NCBI GenBank assembly: GCA_023474425.1
Contig: JAMCXX010000004.1
Location: 148,729 to 212,728, forward strand
Length of the DNA: 64,000 bases
Direction: 5' to 3'
From: Patescibacteria group bacterium
Lineage (GTDB): Bacteria; Patescibacteriota; WWE3; JAMCXX01
This document shows, in pieces, positions 17,963 through 26,462 of the stretch. The first letter of the stretch is position 1; each line of letters opens with the position of its first letter. A program made the translations under genes and the position numbers. Under the pieces are notes generated by a model. It was not told the origin of the DNA. It saw only the letters and a program-made list of their open reading frames with translations, and ran no database searches.

Positions 17963-19828
17963 ATGAAACTGACAAAAAAACAAAAAAATGCTATCGAAAA
18001 GCTTAGGGGGAGAAAGCCTATGGAAATCGCTGAGGTTCTGGGTGTTCATCTGGGACTGGTCAACGCTTATCTTGAGAAAAAAGGCGATTCGAAAAAAGAC
18101 GGTAATAGCGATGAACCTAAGATGTTAACAGGTACATTAAAAACGAGACTGTTTAACTTTTGGCAGTCTAAACGAACTCAAGTAATCATTCTCGCTGCAG
18201 TCACAGTTATTGCTTACCTAGGCTGTCTGCCGAACTCTTTTGTTTCCGACGATAAACCTCTAATGGTTAGCCCGAACTTAATAAATCCGTTACCAACTAT
18301 ACAGAGCGACCCAGTTGTTGCTATTATTAATTCTTATACCTATACACTGAATTATTTAATTAACGGAACTTCCCCCCTCGGATACCACCTATTTAACCTT
18401 ATCCTACACCTAGCTGTTTCCCTGATTATTTTCTTTTTCCTATACTCCTTCGTTGAGGCAAAGTTATCTTTTCTCGCCTCTCTCCTATTTGCCGTATCTC
18501 CTTTGCACAGCGAAGCGGTTTTCTGGGTTTCGGGCCGCCACTACATCCTCTACTCGCTATTCCTCCTTATCTCCATTATTTTCTATCTCCGATTCACCGA
18601 GGCAAAAAAGCGAATCTTCAATTACATCTGTGCGCTTCTGGCCTTTGTGGCCTCCGTCTACTCTTTTCCGGAACAAGCTATTGTGCTACCTCTCTTTCTA
18701 CCACTCTTAGACTTTTTTAGGGGCGGACCAAAAAGAGTGCTCCAGAATTTAAAATATTATTTGCTCTTCCTAGCGCTAACCGCAATCTTTGCCTATCTGT
18801 CTTTGGGACGGGTTGAAACCCGTATTGTTCAGGTTTCCGGCGACGCGGTCTCCTCTCAGTCTCATCCTGTAAACTTCGTTATCACCGACATTATAGCCCT
18901 ATCAACATATACAAAACTCTACCTCTATCCTATTGGACTGTCTTTCTACCATGAAAATATCTCAACCGCTCCGCTCGCCCTTATTTTTATGGCGTCAGCT
19001 GTCATATTCCTATTCTTCTTTTTACCTTTTTATTTTTATAAAGTTAAAGGAAACCGCGTTTTGATCCTTGCCAGCGGAATCTTTTTAATCTCGCTTCTGC
19101 CAACACTCACACCCCTTAAAGTTTCCTGGGTCGTGGCCGAGCGCTATACATATTTGGGAACGTTGGGATTAGCTCTTCTTACCGCCTGCATCTTAAACCT
19201 CGTTCTTAATAGCAGCCGAAAGATTCAAAGGCCTTTAACTTTCGCGCTAATTCTGACTATTCTGGCGTATGGCTGGATCACTTTTTATCGAGGGTTTGAC
19301 TGGAGAAATGAAGATGGTCTCTGGCTGGCCACCGTCAAAGCCGAACCCACAAGCTCCAAAGCCTGGAACAACATGGGCGACTATTACGGCCGCCACGGGG
19401 ACATGCAAAAATCGTTTGAGGCGTTTGTGCAGGCGACGAAGCTTAATCCGTCCTACGCCGACGCCTGGCACAACGCCGGCAACACTTTGGTGCAGATGGG
19501 GAAACTGGACGAGGCTATTCCCTATTTTGAAAAGTCCCTGCAGTTTAACCCCAATTTGATTGAGGCTTACAACAACCTGGCTCTGGTTTATCACAAGAAG
19601 GGAGACCAAAAAAAGGCCTACGAGTATCTTCAAAAATCTATCTCTATTAACAATCAAAGCGCTAAAACTTACGCAACTCTTGGCGTCATTGAATACGAAA
19701 ATGGAGATAAGCAAAAAGCCCTTGAGGCCTTGCTCGCCGCCCTAAAATTGGACCCAACCAACACTAATCTTCAACAAAATATTGCCATTCTTCAAAACCA
19801 ACTCGGCGCCGGAACAACCGCTCCTTAA
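17963..19828 (+). CDS. PMT/TMTC-like GT-C membrane protein with C-terminal TPR repeats and a short N-terminal HTH-like segment
   Basis: Multi-TM core followed by TPR repeats (AWNNMGDYYGRHGDMQKSFEAFVQATKLNPSYADAWHNAGN...). The N-terminal 40 aa read KPMEIAEVLGVHLGLVNAYL. Confidence 0.6.
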   Translation: MKLTKKQKNAIEKLRGRKPMEIAEVLGVHLGLVNAYLEKKGDSKKDGNSDEPKMLTGTLKTRLFNFWQSKRTQVIILAAVTVIAYLGCLPNSFVSDDKPLMVSPNLINPLPTIQSDPVVAIINSYTYTLNYLINGTSPLGYHLFNLILHLAVSLIIFFFLYSFVEAKLSFLASLLFAVSPLHSEAVFWVSGRHYILYSLFLLISIIFYLRFTEAKKRIFNYICALLAFVASVYSFPEQAIVLPLFLPLLDFFRGGPKRVLQNLKYYLLFLALTAIFAYLSLGRVETRIVQVSGDAVSSQSHPVNFVITDIIALSTYTKLYLYPIGLSFYHENISTAPLALIFMASAVIFLFFFLPFYFYKVKGNRVLILASGIFLISLLPTLTPLKVSWVVAERYTYLGTLGLALLTACILNLVLNSSRKIQRPLTFALILTILAYGWITFYRGFDWRNEDGLWLATVKAEPTSSKAWNNMGDYYGRHGDMQKSFEAFVQATKLNPSYADAWHNAGNTLVQMGKLDEAIPYFEKSLQFNPNLIEAYNNLALVYHKKGDQKKAYEYLQKSISINNQSAKTYATLGVIEYENGDKQKALEALLAALKLDPTNTNLQQNIAILQNQLGAGTTAP

Positions 19829-21360
19829 GTGGATTCGTTAGACGGATCTTTTGAGGATTTTTTACTGCTGACGGTCAAATTATAAAGGTGGTTTCGCACC
19901 CGCCGCAACGCGCGCCAGCCGTAGGTAAATAGGAACTGCCAATCCCTCTTTCTAAAATTGAACAGAAATAACATCTGACGAAGTAAGAATCGCGGACTTA
20001 AGGCAATACCATACATCTCACGAATGGCGTCGTAGTAACGCTCGTGGGGGATAGGGGTTTTTACAATGAGTTTGCTCATATCGTGGTCGTTATAATCATC
20101 GGTGAGCAAAACTCCTTTTTCAATACACTCCAGGTGGTATGGGGTAAAGTCGAGCGGCGTGCAAAGAGTCACCTGCAAAGTGCGGGCCAGCCCAGAATAC
20201 ATAATTTTTTTCACAAAACCCACGGTCTCGTTGAGCATTTCCCGGGTCTCCCAATAATAACCCACCATAATGGTTAAATGAGGATGAAGTCCGTATTGAG
20301 TGAGCCACTTAAGCGTCTGCTCAATATACTGATTCTGGTAACCCTTGTTAAGACGCCGCAAAGTTTCATCGCTGGCCGCCTCGAGACCGATTAAAACAAA
20401 ACGAAAATTAGCCTCGGCTAATAGTTTTATGGTTTCTTCGTCCAAATATTCAAAGCGGGTGTTAAAACCGAAATAGCAACCTTTCTTGTGCAAGCCCCGG
20501 TCAATAATCCCCTGGGCAAACTCCCGGGCATCGACGCCGCGGTACCAAACCCCGGAATCGTCAAAAATTTCTTTGACATGATATTTTTCAATTAAGGTCT
20601 GATACTCGTCCAGACTCCTTTTGACGGACATTTTGGAAAAAGTTAAATCCGGGCCGTTGTAGCGGCAAAATGTACACTTGCCAAACATACAATCGCGAAT
20701 GACGCTTGTGGCGTAGGTCCCGGGGGTTTGCAGAAAGTTTCCGTTCTCGAAGGCATAATTTTTCCAATCCACCAAATCGCGGTCAATGAGTGGAGATTTG
20801 TCCAAAGGTTCAACCTGGCGAAAGTTGCCGGTGTCGCGAAAACTCCCGTCTTCGGTGCGGATAAAAAGACCTTCAATCGGACAGGCGGTCCGCCAATCCC
20901 GACGATGCTGATCAATATAAGGAATCAACTTGGCCAGGACAAAGTCAATGTGATTGCTGCGCAAAACCACATCCGTCGGCGAAAGACTCAGCGTTTCCTC
21001 GGGCCGCCTCATAGAGTGGTAACCGGTCATTATAAAAATTGTTTGCGGCAGTTTTTTCTTGAGTTCCTCGGTTGTACGCCAGTAAAACTTCATGACGGGA
21101 GTGGTACTCTCAAAAACGACAACATCCGGCTGCCAGGAGACCAGATCATTGAACCACTGCCCGTAAGTTTTGCGCTCGGCATTGCCGTCGTCCCAGCGCA
21201 CAGTAAAGCCCAAGTCCCTAAGCCAAGTGGCCGCCTGGGCCTCAATCACAGGCAAAAGGTAGGTTGGCGTTTTAAAAAATTGGACATTGCGGTTCTGGGA
21301 GACCATAGCCGTCTGCCCGCGCTCATTAATAATCGGAGGATATGAGATGGCTATTTTCAT
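19825..21360 (-). CDS. B12-binding-domain radical SAM enzyme (class B-like)
   Basis: N-terminal Rossmann-like B12-type domain (DVVVFESTTPV), then the cluster motif RDCMFGKCTFCRYNG, then a TIM-barrel-like region. 511 aa. Confidence 0.7.
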   Translation of the reverse strand: MKIAISYPPIINERGQTAMVSQNRNVQFFKTPTYLLPVIEAQAATWLRDLGFTVRWDDGNAERKTYGQWFNDLVSWQPDVVVFESTTPVMKFYWRTTEELKKKLPQTIFIMTGYHSMRRPEETLSLSPTDVVLRSNHIDFVLAKLIPYIDQHRRDWRTACPIEGLFIRTEDGSFRDTGNFRQVEPLDKSPLIDRDLVDWKNYAFENGNFLQTPGTYATSVIRDCMFGKCTFCRYNGPDLTFSKMSVKRSLDEYQTLIEKYHVKEIFDDSGVWYRGVDAREFAQGIIDRGLHKKGCYFGFNTRFEYLDEETIKLLAEANFRFVLIGLEAASDETLRRLNKGYQNQYIEQTLKWLTQYGLHPHLTIMVGYYWETREMLNETVGFVKKIMYSGLARTLQVTLCTPLDFTPYHLECIEKGVLLTDDYNDHDMSKLIVKTPIPHERYYDAIREMYGIALSPRFLLRQMLFLFNFRKRDWQFLFTYGWRALRRVRNHLYNLTVSSKKSSKDPSNEST

Positions 21361-21367
21361 AAGCTAC

Positions 21368-21395
21368 ATCCGCCTTCGCTAAAGCTTCGGCGGAT
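21368..21395 (-). promoter_or_regulatory. Hairpin 7 nt upstream of the rSAM start codon
   Basis: Minus-strand RNA AUCCGCC-GAA-GC-UUUA-GC-GAA-GGCGGAU: a 7-bp GC-rich stem, a symmetric GAA/GAA internal loop, a 2-bp stem and a UUUA loop. Confidence 0.35.
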
Positions 21396-21437
21396 TGATG
21401 GTTGGTAAATTCGTCCGAAGACTCATTAACCAACCAA

Positions 21438-22094
21438 TCAAAAGAATACCTCGGTAAATATTTGACTGCCGGATACATTGACGCTTCTCAATATATCATA
21501 AACCTCGTTAATCATCGAACTGTTGCCGCAAAGATAGTAGACCGCCTCTTTATCAATTTCGTGACTTTTTAAATAATCCGTAACACGGCCGGAAAAATCT
21601 CCCCCACCGCCGCGGGAAACACAAGACACATAACGCCCGGATTCGTAGTCTTCGCGATCATACTGGTCTGAAACCTGGCGCACACCATGCAAAACCCGAT
21701 AATTTAAATTGGGATAAGATTTAATATAGGAATGAAAGGGGGCAATGCCGGTACCAGAGCCAACAAAAACATACCGCTGATTTAAGTTTCCCGGTTCATT
21801 AAGAACGAATAGCCCGTAAGCTCCATCGAGACTCACCTCCTGGCCCTCCTCAAGCCCGCAGAGGTCTGGGGACACGGCCCCGCCCTCAACTCTCTTAATC
21901 AGAAATTCCAAATAAGAATCGTTAACGCCGGAATAAGTTGAGTACTCACGATTGATAGCCTTGTTGGGCAGACCCAGATTTACACACTGCCCGGGAACAA
22001 ACTCAAAGCCATTGCGTTCCAATCGCAAGACATAGGTTGTCTCGCCGAGTTTTCTAACTCTCAAAACCCTGGCCCTCTGAATTTGATTAACCAT
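21438..22094 (-). CDS. Ferredoxin-NADP reductase-like flavoprotein (FAD/NAD(P) two-domain module, no fused Fe-S domain)
   Basis: RxYS (NREYSTYS), GGAVS, GSGTGIAPF and LCGNSSM motifs. 218 aa. Confidence 0.75.
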   Translation of the reverse strand: MVNQIQRARVLRVRKLGETTYVLRLERNGFEFVPGQCVNLGLPNKAINREYSTYSGVNDSYLEFLIKRVEGGAVSPDLCGLEEGQEVSLDGAYGLFVLNEPGNLNQRYVFVGSGTGIAPFHSYIKSYPNLNYRVLHGVRQVSDQYDREDYESGRYVSCVSRGGGGDFSGRVTDYLKSHEIDKEAVYYLCGNSSMINEVYDILRSVNVSGSQIFTEVFF

Positions 22095-22212
22095 AAAAAT
22101 TCAGTGGAATTAAATAAACCGTAACAAATCTTACCAAATCGCCGTTGGAAAATCTAAATCGATGTGCTAAATTCTTTATGATTCTAAAGATTCATTGTAA
22201 CTGTTTCGTTGT

Positions 22213-22431
22213 ATGCCTTACGACATTTACGTTGACCGGGAGTTATGCATTGGCGCGGCTACCTGTTTTGCCGTGGCACCCAAGACTTTTAAGATTGACG
22301 AGGAAAATAAAGCAGTCGTTACCGAAAGCGGGCACGAAGACGATCAAACAATTCTGGAAGCGGCCCAGTCCTGCCCGGTGAGCGCTATTATTCTAAAACT
22401 CAAAGAAAGCGGCAAGCAGGTTTACCCCTAG
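22213..22431 (+). CDS. Small single-cluster ferredoxin, probably [3Fe-4S] type
   Basis: 72 aa with CIGAATC...CP. The second Cys of CxxCxxC is replaced by Ala, the pattern of 3Fe-4S ferredoxins. It is divergent from the FNR-like gene. Confidence 0.7.
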   Translation: MPYDIYVDRELCIGAATCFAVAPKTFKIDEENKAVVTESGHEDDQTILEAAQSCPVSAIILKLKESGKQVYP

Positions 22432-22435
22432 TTGA

Positions 22436-23440
22436 TTATCTTCTCAACCGCGGTGAAATAATACCGCGGATGAATTGAAACCCATACCAAAAGTGGGTTA
22501 AAAAAATTGCCGGAATGGTCCAAAAAGCAATTTTTAAACTTTTGGACTTTTGCCAAACCCAAAAGGCATTAAAAGCCAGAAGTAAGAAGTAAGAAGTAAT
22601 ACTTGATAAGTAAACAATCAAAACGGACTGTCGATTAATAATTTGAAATTTGAAATTTGAAATTTGAAAAAGAGACGTAGTAACTAACCCGAAGAAAAAG
22701 GCTAACAGAAGCATTGATGGGAGAAAATAGATAAGACGGCGGGAGGTGCGGGGCAGAACTTTGGCAAAAAAGCCGCGATGCAGGCCGTAGCGCCCTACTT
22801 GCAAAAGATGGCCCTTAAAAATCGGCCGGCGGTGGTGGTAAACCAAAACTTCCGGATCGTAAATAATTTTTTTGCTAAGTTTCGCGGTTAAGTCCAAACA
22901 TAGCTTGGTGTCCTCTCCCGGCCAAAAGTTGCTGTCAAAGCCGCCAATATTGTCAAAGTCGGATTTTCTAACCAAAAGATTCATTGAAGGGAAATCGTCG
23001 ACCTCGCGTATTCTGTCGGGCCGGGTGCGGAAACTGAACGAGCCGGCTCCCACCGGAGAGGTGTGCACGAAGCCAGAAACCTGCCTCTTCCAATCGTCCT
23101 CCGGCGGAGTAACTCCCGGTCCCCCAACGGCGGCAACCCTCTCATCCTCAAAGTGGGGCAGAGCTTTGGAAAGCCAGGAAACCGAAGGATAAGCGTCATC
23201 GTCCAAAAAAGCCAAAATCTCGCCCTGTGCTTCCGTAATAGAAAGATCCCGCCTCTGTGACGGATTGCCGGCCAAATCTGGTCTTGCCAAAAGACGGGTT
23301 TTAGGGAAAGTCTCACCACTTGCCTCACCCAAAAAAAGGAGTATTTCAAAGTCCTGAAAATCAAGCTTAAGCAAATGCTCAATCGCTTCACGGACATAAT
23401 CGTTAACGGCTTCGACTACAATTACCACCGAAACTTTCAT
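22436..23440 (-). CDS. GT2 glycosyltransferase with a C-terminal membrane domain
   Basis: MKVSVVIVV..., LAFLDDDAYP (DxD) and FWPGEDTKLC, then C-terminal TM helices. Confidence 0.7.
   Translation of the reverse strand: MKVSVVIVVEAVNDYVREAIEHLLKLDFQDFEILLFLGEASGETFPKTRLLARPDLAGNPSQRRDLSITEAQGEILAFLDDDAYPSVSWLSKALPHFEDERVAAVGGPGVTPPEDDWKRQVSGFVHTSPVGAGSFSFRTRPDRIREVDDFPSMNLLVRKSDFDNIGGFDSNFWPGEDTKLCLDLTAKLSKKIIYDPEVLVYHHRRPIFKGHLLQVGRYGLHRGFFAKVLPRTSRRLIYFLPSMLLLAFFFGLVTTSLFQISNFKFQIINRQSVLIVYLSSITSYFLLLAFNAFWVWQKSKSLKIAFWTIPAIFLTHFWYGFQFIRGIISPRLRR
22641..22668. repeat. Perfect tandem heptanucleotide repeat (ATTTGAA)x4 inside the GT2 gene
   Basis: Read directly: atttgaa atttgaa atttgaa atttgaa. 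It encodes QISNFKFQII within the C-terminal membrane domain. Confidence 0.9.
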
Positions 23441-23447
23441 AAAAAAT

Positions 23448-24407
23448 TTAGCTAACTTTTGACCTCGACTTAATCTGACTTTGATAGTATGGCAAACTCA
23501 ACTTCAGGCCTTCTTCGAGGCTAATCTTCGGCTGCCAGCCCAAAAGTTTTTTAGCCAAAGTTATGTCCGGTTTTCTCTTGACAGGGTCGTCGGCCGGCAA
23601 ATCCAGATGAGCAATTTGTGACGAAGACCTAACCAGCTTAACAATCAGTCCGGCCAGTTTAAGAATAGTAAACTCTCCGGGATTTCCCAGGTTAATCGGC
23701 CCAAATTCCCTACTTTTCATCATTAAGATCAAGCCGGAAACCATGTCCGAAACGTAGCAGAATGAACGCGTCTGAAGACCGTCTCCAAAAACGGTAACGG
23801 GCTTGCCTGTAAGCGCCTGAGAAAGAAAAGTGGAAATCGCCCGTCCGTCGCTCGGGTGCATCTTAGGCCCGTAGGTGTTAAATATTCGCACAATTTTTGC
23901 TTCTAATTTATACAGATTCCGATAGGTATAGATTAGGCTTTCGGCAAACCTCTTGCCCTCGTCATAGCAGGACCTCTCGCCCACCGGATTAACATTGCCC
24001 CAGTAACTTTCCTTTTGCGGGTGAACCAGAGGATCGCCATAGACTTCGGAGGTTGAGGTCTGCAAAAACTTGGCCTTACATTGTACGGCCAGATCCAAAA
24101 GATTTTTAACTCCCACGGAAGAGGCCAGAAGAGTCTCCAGAGGTCTTCTCTGATAGCCGCCGGGCGAGGCAATGCAGGCCAGGTTATAGATTTCATCAAC
24201 TTTATTCTTGAAAGAAAACTTTTTAGTGATGTCTGTCTTTACGAAGCTGAAATTCGAATTGCCTCTCAAATCCGCAATATTTTCGAGCCGACCGGAATAG
24301 AGATTGTCCCAACAAATAACCTTATAGCCGTCCCCAACCAGACGGCGGCACAAGTGACTGCCAATAAAGCCGGCCCCGCCGGCAACCAAAATTATTTTCT
24401 TTCTCAT
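23448..24407 (-). CDS. uxs: UDP-glucuronate decarboxylase (UDP-xylose synthase)
   Basis: ILVAGGAGFIGSHLCRRL, DNLYSGR and TSTSEVYGDPLVHPQKESYWGNVNPVGERSCYDEGKRFAESL form the UXS signature. Confidence 0.85.
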   Translation of the reverse strand: MRKKIILVAGGAGFIGSHLCRRLVGDGYKVICWDNLYSGRLENIADLRGNSNFSFVKTDITKKFSFKNKVDEIYNLACIASPGGYQRRPLETLLASSVGVKNLLDLAVQCKAKFLQTSTSEVYGDPLVHPQKESYWGNVNPVGERSCYDEGKRFAESLIYTYRNLYKLEAKIVRIFNTYGPKMHPSDGRAISTFLSQALTGKPVTVFGDGLQTRSFCYVSDMVSGLILMMKSREFGPINLGNPGEFTILKLAGLIVKLVRSSSQIAHLDLPADDPVKRKPDITLAKKLLGWQPKISLEEGLKLSLPYYQSQIKSRSKVS

Positions 24408-25213
24408 TAAATATTTACCCGCATTTGGAGTTCGGGATCATAAAACCATTTACGTTCGTTACCGTCATCATAATAGTGTTTTATTTTAAGCCGGTAAAAG
24501 ACGGCCAAGGTGTCTTTAAGCATCCGAAAAATCGTTCTTAACATTGAGGCTTGGGTCAGAGAGGCAAAAGAGTGTTTGACAATAACCGGCGCTTCGTAAA
24601 TTCTTTTAAAACCTAGGTGGTGCGCTACCGCCAATATTTCAATGTCAATAGCGTAATCTTTAACCATAAGCCGCGGCATCACTCTTTCCAGAACCTCCCG
24701 ACGAAAAACTTTTAAACCCGTCTGCGTGTCCCTAATCCGTAGCCCGAAAAGTAGCCGCACCAGCATTTGGTATCCGAAACTGGTAAAACGGCGAACCATT
24801 GGGTAATCAACTTGGGAAACCGGATGCCTCTTGGAGGCCACAATGGCATCGGCTTTATACCATTCCATGTGTGAGAGGAGCATGGAAATACCCAATGGGT
24901 CAATATCCATCCCGGCATCCAAAAAAACGATTCTCCCGCCCCGAGCTTTGGCGGAACCGAACCGCAGTGCGTATCCCTTGCCGCGGTTTCTCCCGGGATA
25001 GCCAAAAACCCGAAGCCTACCACCTTCAATCTCTCTGGCTTTCTCGAAGGTCCCGTCCATGGTGCCGTCGGCGACGACGATTAATTCGTAATTTAAATTC
25101 AGGGAATTAAGAATTTTATCAACGTTTCTAAGGTCGGTTTGAATCGTCCTTTCCTGCCGGAAAGCCGGCATAACCACGCTGATTAAATTCGACAAGTCAG
25201 TTTCTTCGTTCAT
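24407..25213 (-). CDS. GT2 glycosyltransferase, polyprenol-phosphate hexose synthase-like
   Basis: Start moved to the ATG at 25213 (MNEETDLSNLISVVMPAF...). ELIVVADGTMDGT, NRGKGYALRFG and FLDAGMDIDP. Confidence 0.7.
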   Translation of the reverse strand: MNEETDLSNLISVVMPAFRQERTIQTDLRNVDKILNSLNLNYELIVVADGTMDGTFEKAREIEGGRLRVFGYPGRNRGKGYALRFGSAKARGGRIVFLDAGMDIDPLGISMLLSHMEWYKADAIVASKRHPVSQVDYPMVRRFTSFGYQMLVRLLFGLRIRDTQTGLKVFRREVLERVMPRLMVKDYAIDIEILAVAHHLGFKRIYEAPVIVKHSFASLTQASMLRTIFRMLKDTLAVFYRLKIKHYYDDGNERKWFYDPELQMRVNI

Positions 25214-26462
25214 TAAAAAGAAAATATAACAAAAGAGAGACCAAAAGAAAAAGCACACTAAAAATTGAGGAGAAAATTACCTGTGTGAAGGAAGCATGAA
25301 ATCGGCTAATAAGCCAAAGCTGCATAAGGGCCGAAATGAATGGCAGGATGGCCGATATCAGAGTCCTGTGCAAAGACAAATAATACAAAATCAACACATT
25401 GGCCAACGAGTAGAGAAGATAATAAAACCCCAGATAGCCAACGATGGAAGAGCCCTCGAGGTAGGCGCTCCGGCTAAAACCGGAAAAGAAATAAATTGTT
25501 AAAGAAGGAAAAACAAAATAAAACGTTGTGATCGCCGATGAGATGATTAGGGTTATAAACAAGACATAGTAAAGAAGATGGCTGTGTTTCCGGCCGCCGG
25601 AAGCCCTTTCCGAAACCAGAGGAAACATGATTGTACCAATAGAAGAAGACGCAAAAAAGACTACCCGACCGATTAGGGCCACAAAGGAATAAACTCCGGC
25701 TTCCGAAGGATTAAAAAATTTCTTTACCAAAACCACATCCGTACCAGCCAGAGAGGCAATCCCCCACAGGGAAAATGCCGCCGGCAGAGAGTATTTAAAA
25801 AGATTTTTCCAGGGCAGGTTTATTTCTTTAATAAAAGAAAGATAACTTCTCAAAGGCAGGTAAGAGAGAACGTAAACAAAGAGCACCGAAAGAACCACCC
25901 CCAAAACGGCGCCGTTAACTCTAAATCCCAAGTAGATGAGGCTTAAACCAAAAGCAAACTTTAGGAAAGAAGATAAAAAACCAAAGCCGGCCAAAAGCTG
26001 GAATTTTTGCAAACCGGCAATGGAACCTAAATTTATTGTCTGGAGAAAGGAGAACCAAATCATAAGCCCCACCAAAATAAAAGCCACCGGATAAGGAATA
26101 TTTAAAAAGTCGGAGAGTTGATTCCGGAAAACAAAAAATCCGAGAAAAACGGAAAAGCCTAAGAAAATAAAGGCCCGAGTCAGACCGGAAATAAGATCTT
26201 TAATCTCCTTCTCTTTGCCGATCCCCCGATAGCCCGAGACAAACTTGGTAACCGTCGTTTGGACCGATTGAGAAAAAACGCCGGTTATGCCAATAACAGC
26301 CATAACCGAGGCAAAGGCGCCGTATTCGGAAGGTCCCAGCATCTTAGCCGAAAAAAGGTTAAAAAGGTAGGCAAAGATGTTGCCAAAAAGATTGGAACCC
26401 AAAACCAAAAAACCGCTTAGAGCCAGAGGGTGCCGAGCTATGTAAGTAATTCTAAATTTCAT
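25197..26462 (-). CDS. Polysaccharide/oligosaccharide flippase (Wzx/MOP superfamily)
   Basis: About 12 TM helices with a typical MOP-type N-terminus. Start moved to the ATG at 26462 (MKFRITYIARHPL...), which avoids an overlap with galE. Confidence 0.65.
   Translation of the reverse strand: MKFRITYIARHPLALSGFLVLGSNLFGNIFAYLFNLFSAKMLGPSEYGAFASVMAVIGITGVFSQSVQTTVTKFVSGYRGIGKEKEIKDLISGLTRAFIFLGFSVFLGFFVFRNQLSDFLNIPYPVAFILVGLMIWFSFLQTINLGSIAGLQKFQLLAGFGFLSSFLKFAFGLSLIYLGFRVNGAVLGVVLSVLFVYVLSYLPLRSYLSFIKEINLPWKNLFKYSLPAAFSLWGIASLAGTDVVLVKKFFNPSEAGVYSFVALIGRVVFFASSSIGTIMFPLVSERASGGRKHSHLLYYVLFITLIISSAITTFYFVFPSLTIYFFSGFSRSAYLEGSSIVGYLGFYYLLYSLANVLILYYLSLHRTLISAILPFISALMQLWLISRFHASFTQVIFSSIFSVLFLLVSLLLYFLFNERRN

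Noticed and set aside
20728-21345. Long antisense ORFs inside real genes (for example 20728-21345, 2592-3305, 26482-26985, 53776-54408, 62617-63123)
   Set aside because: Each lies entirely within and opposite to a gene with clear family motifs. Their translations are Arg/Gly/Pro-rich low-complexity sequence typical of antisense frames.
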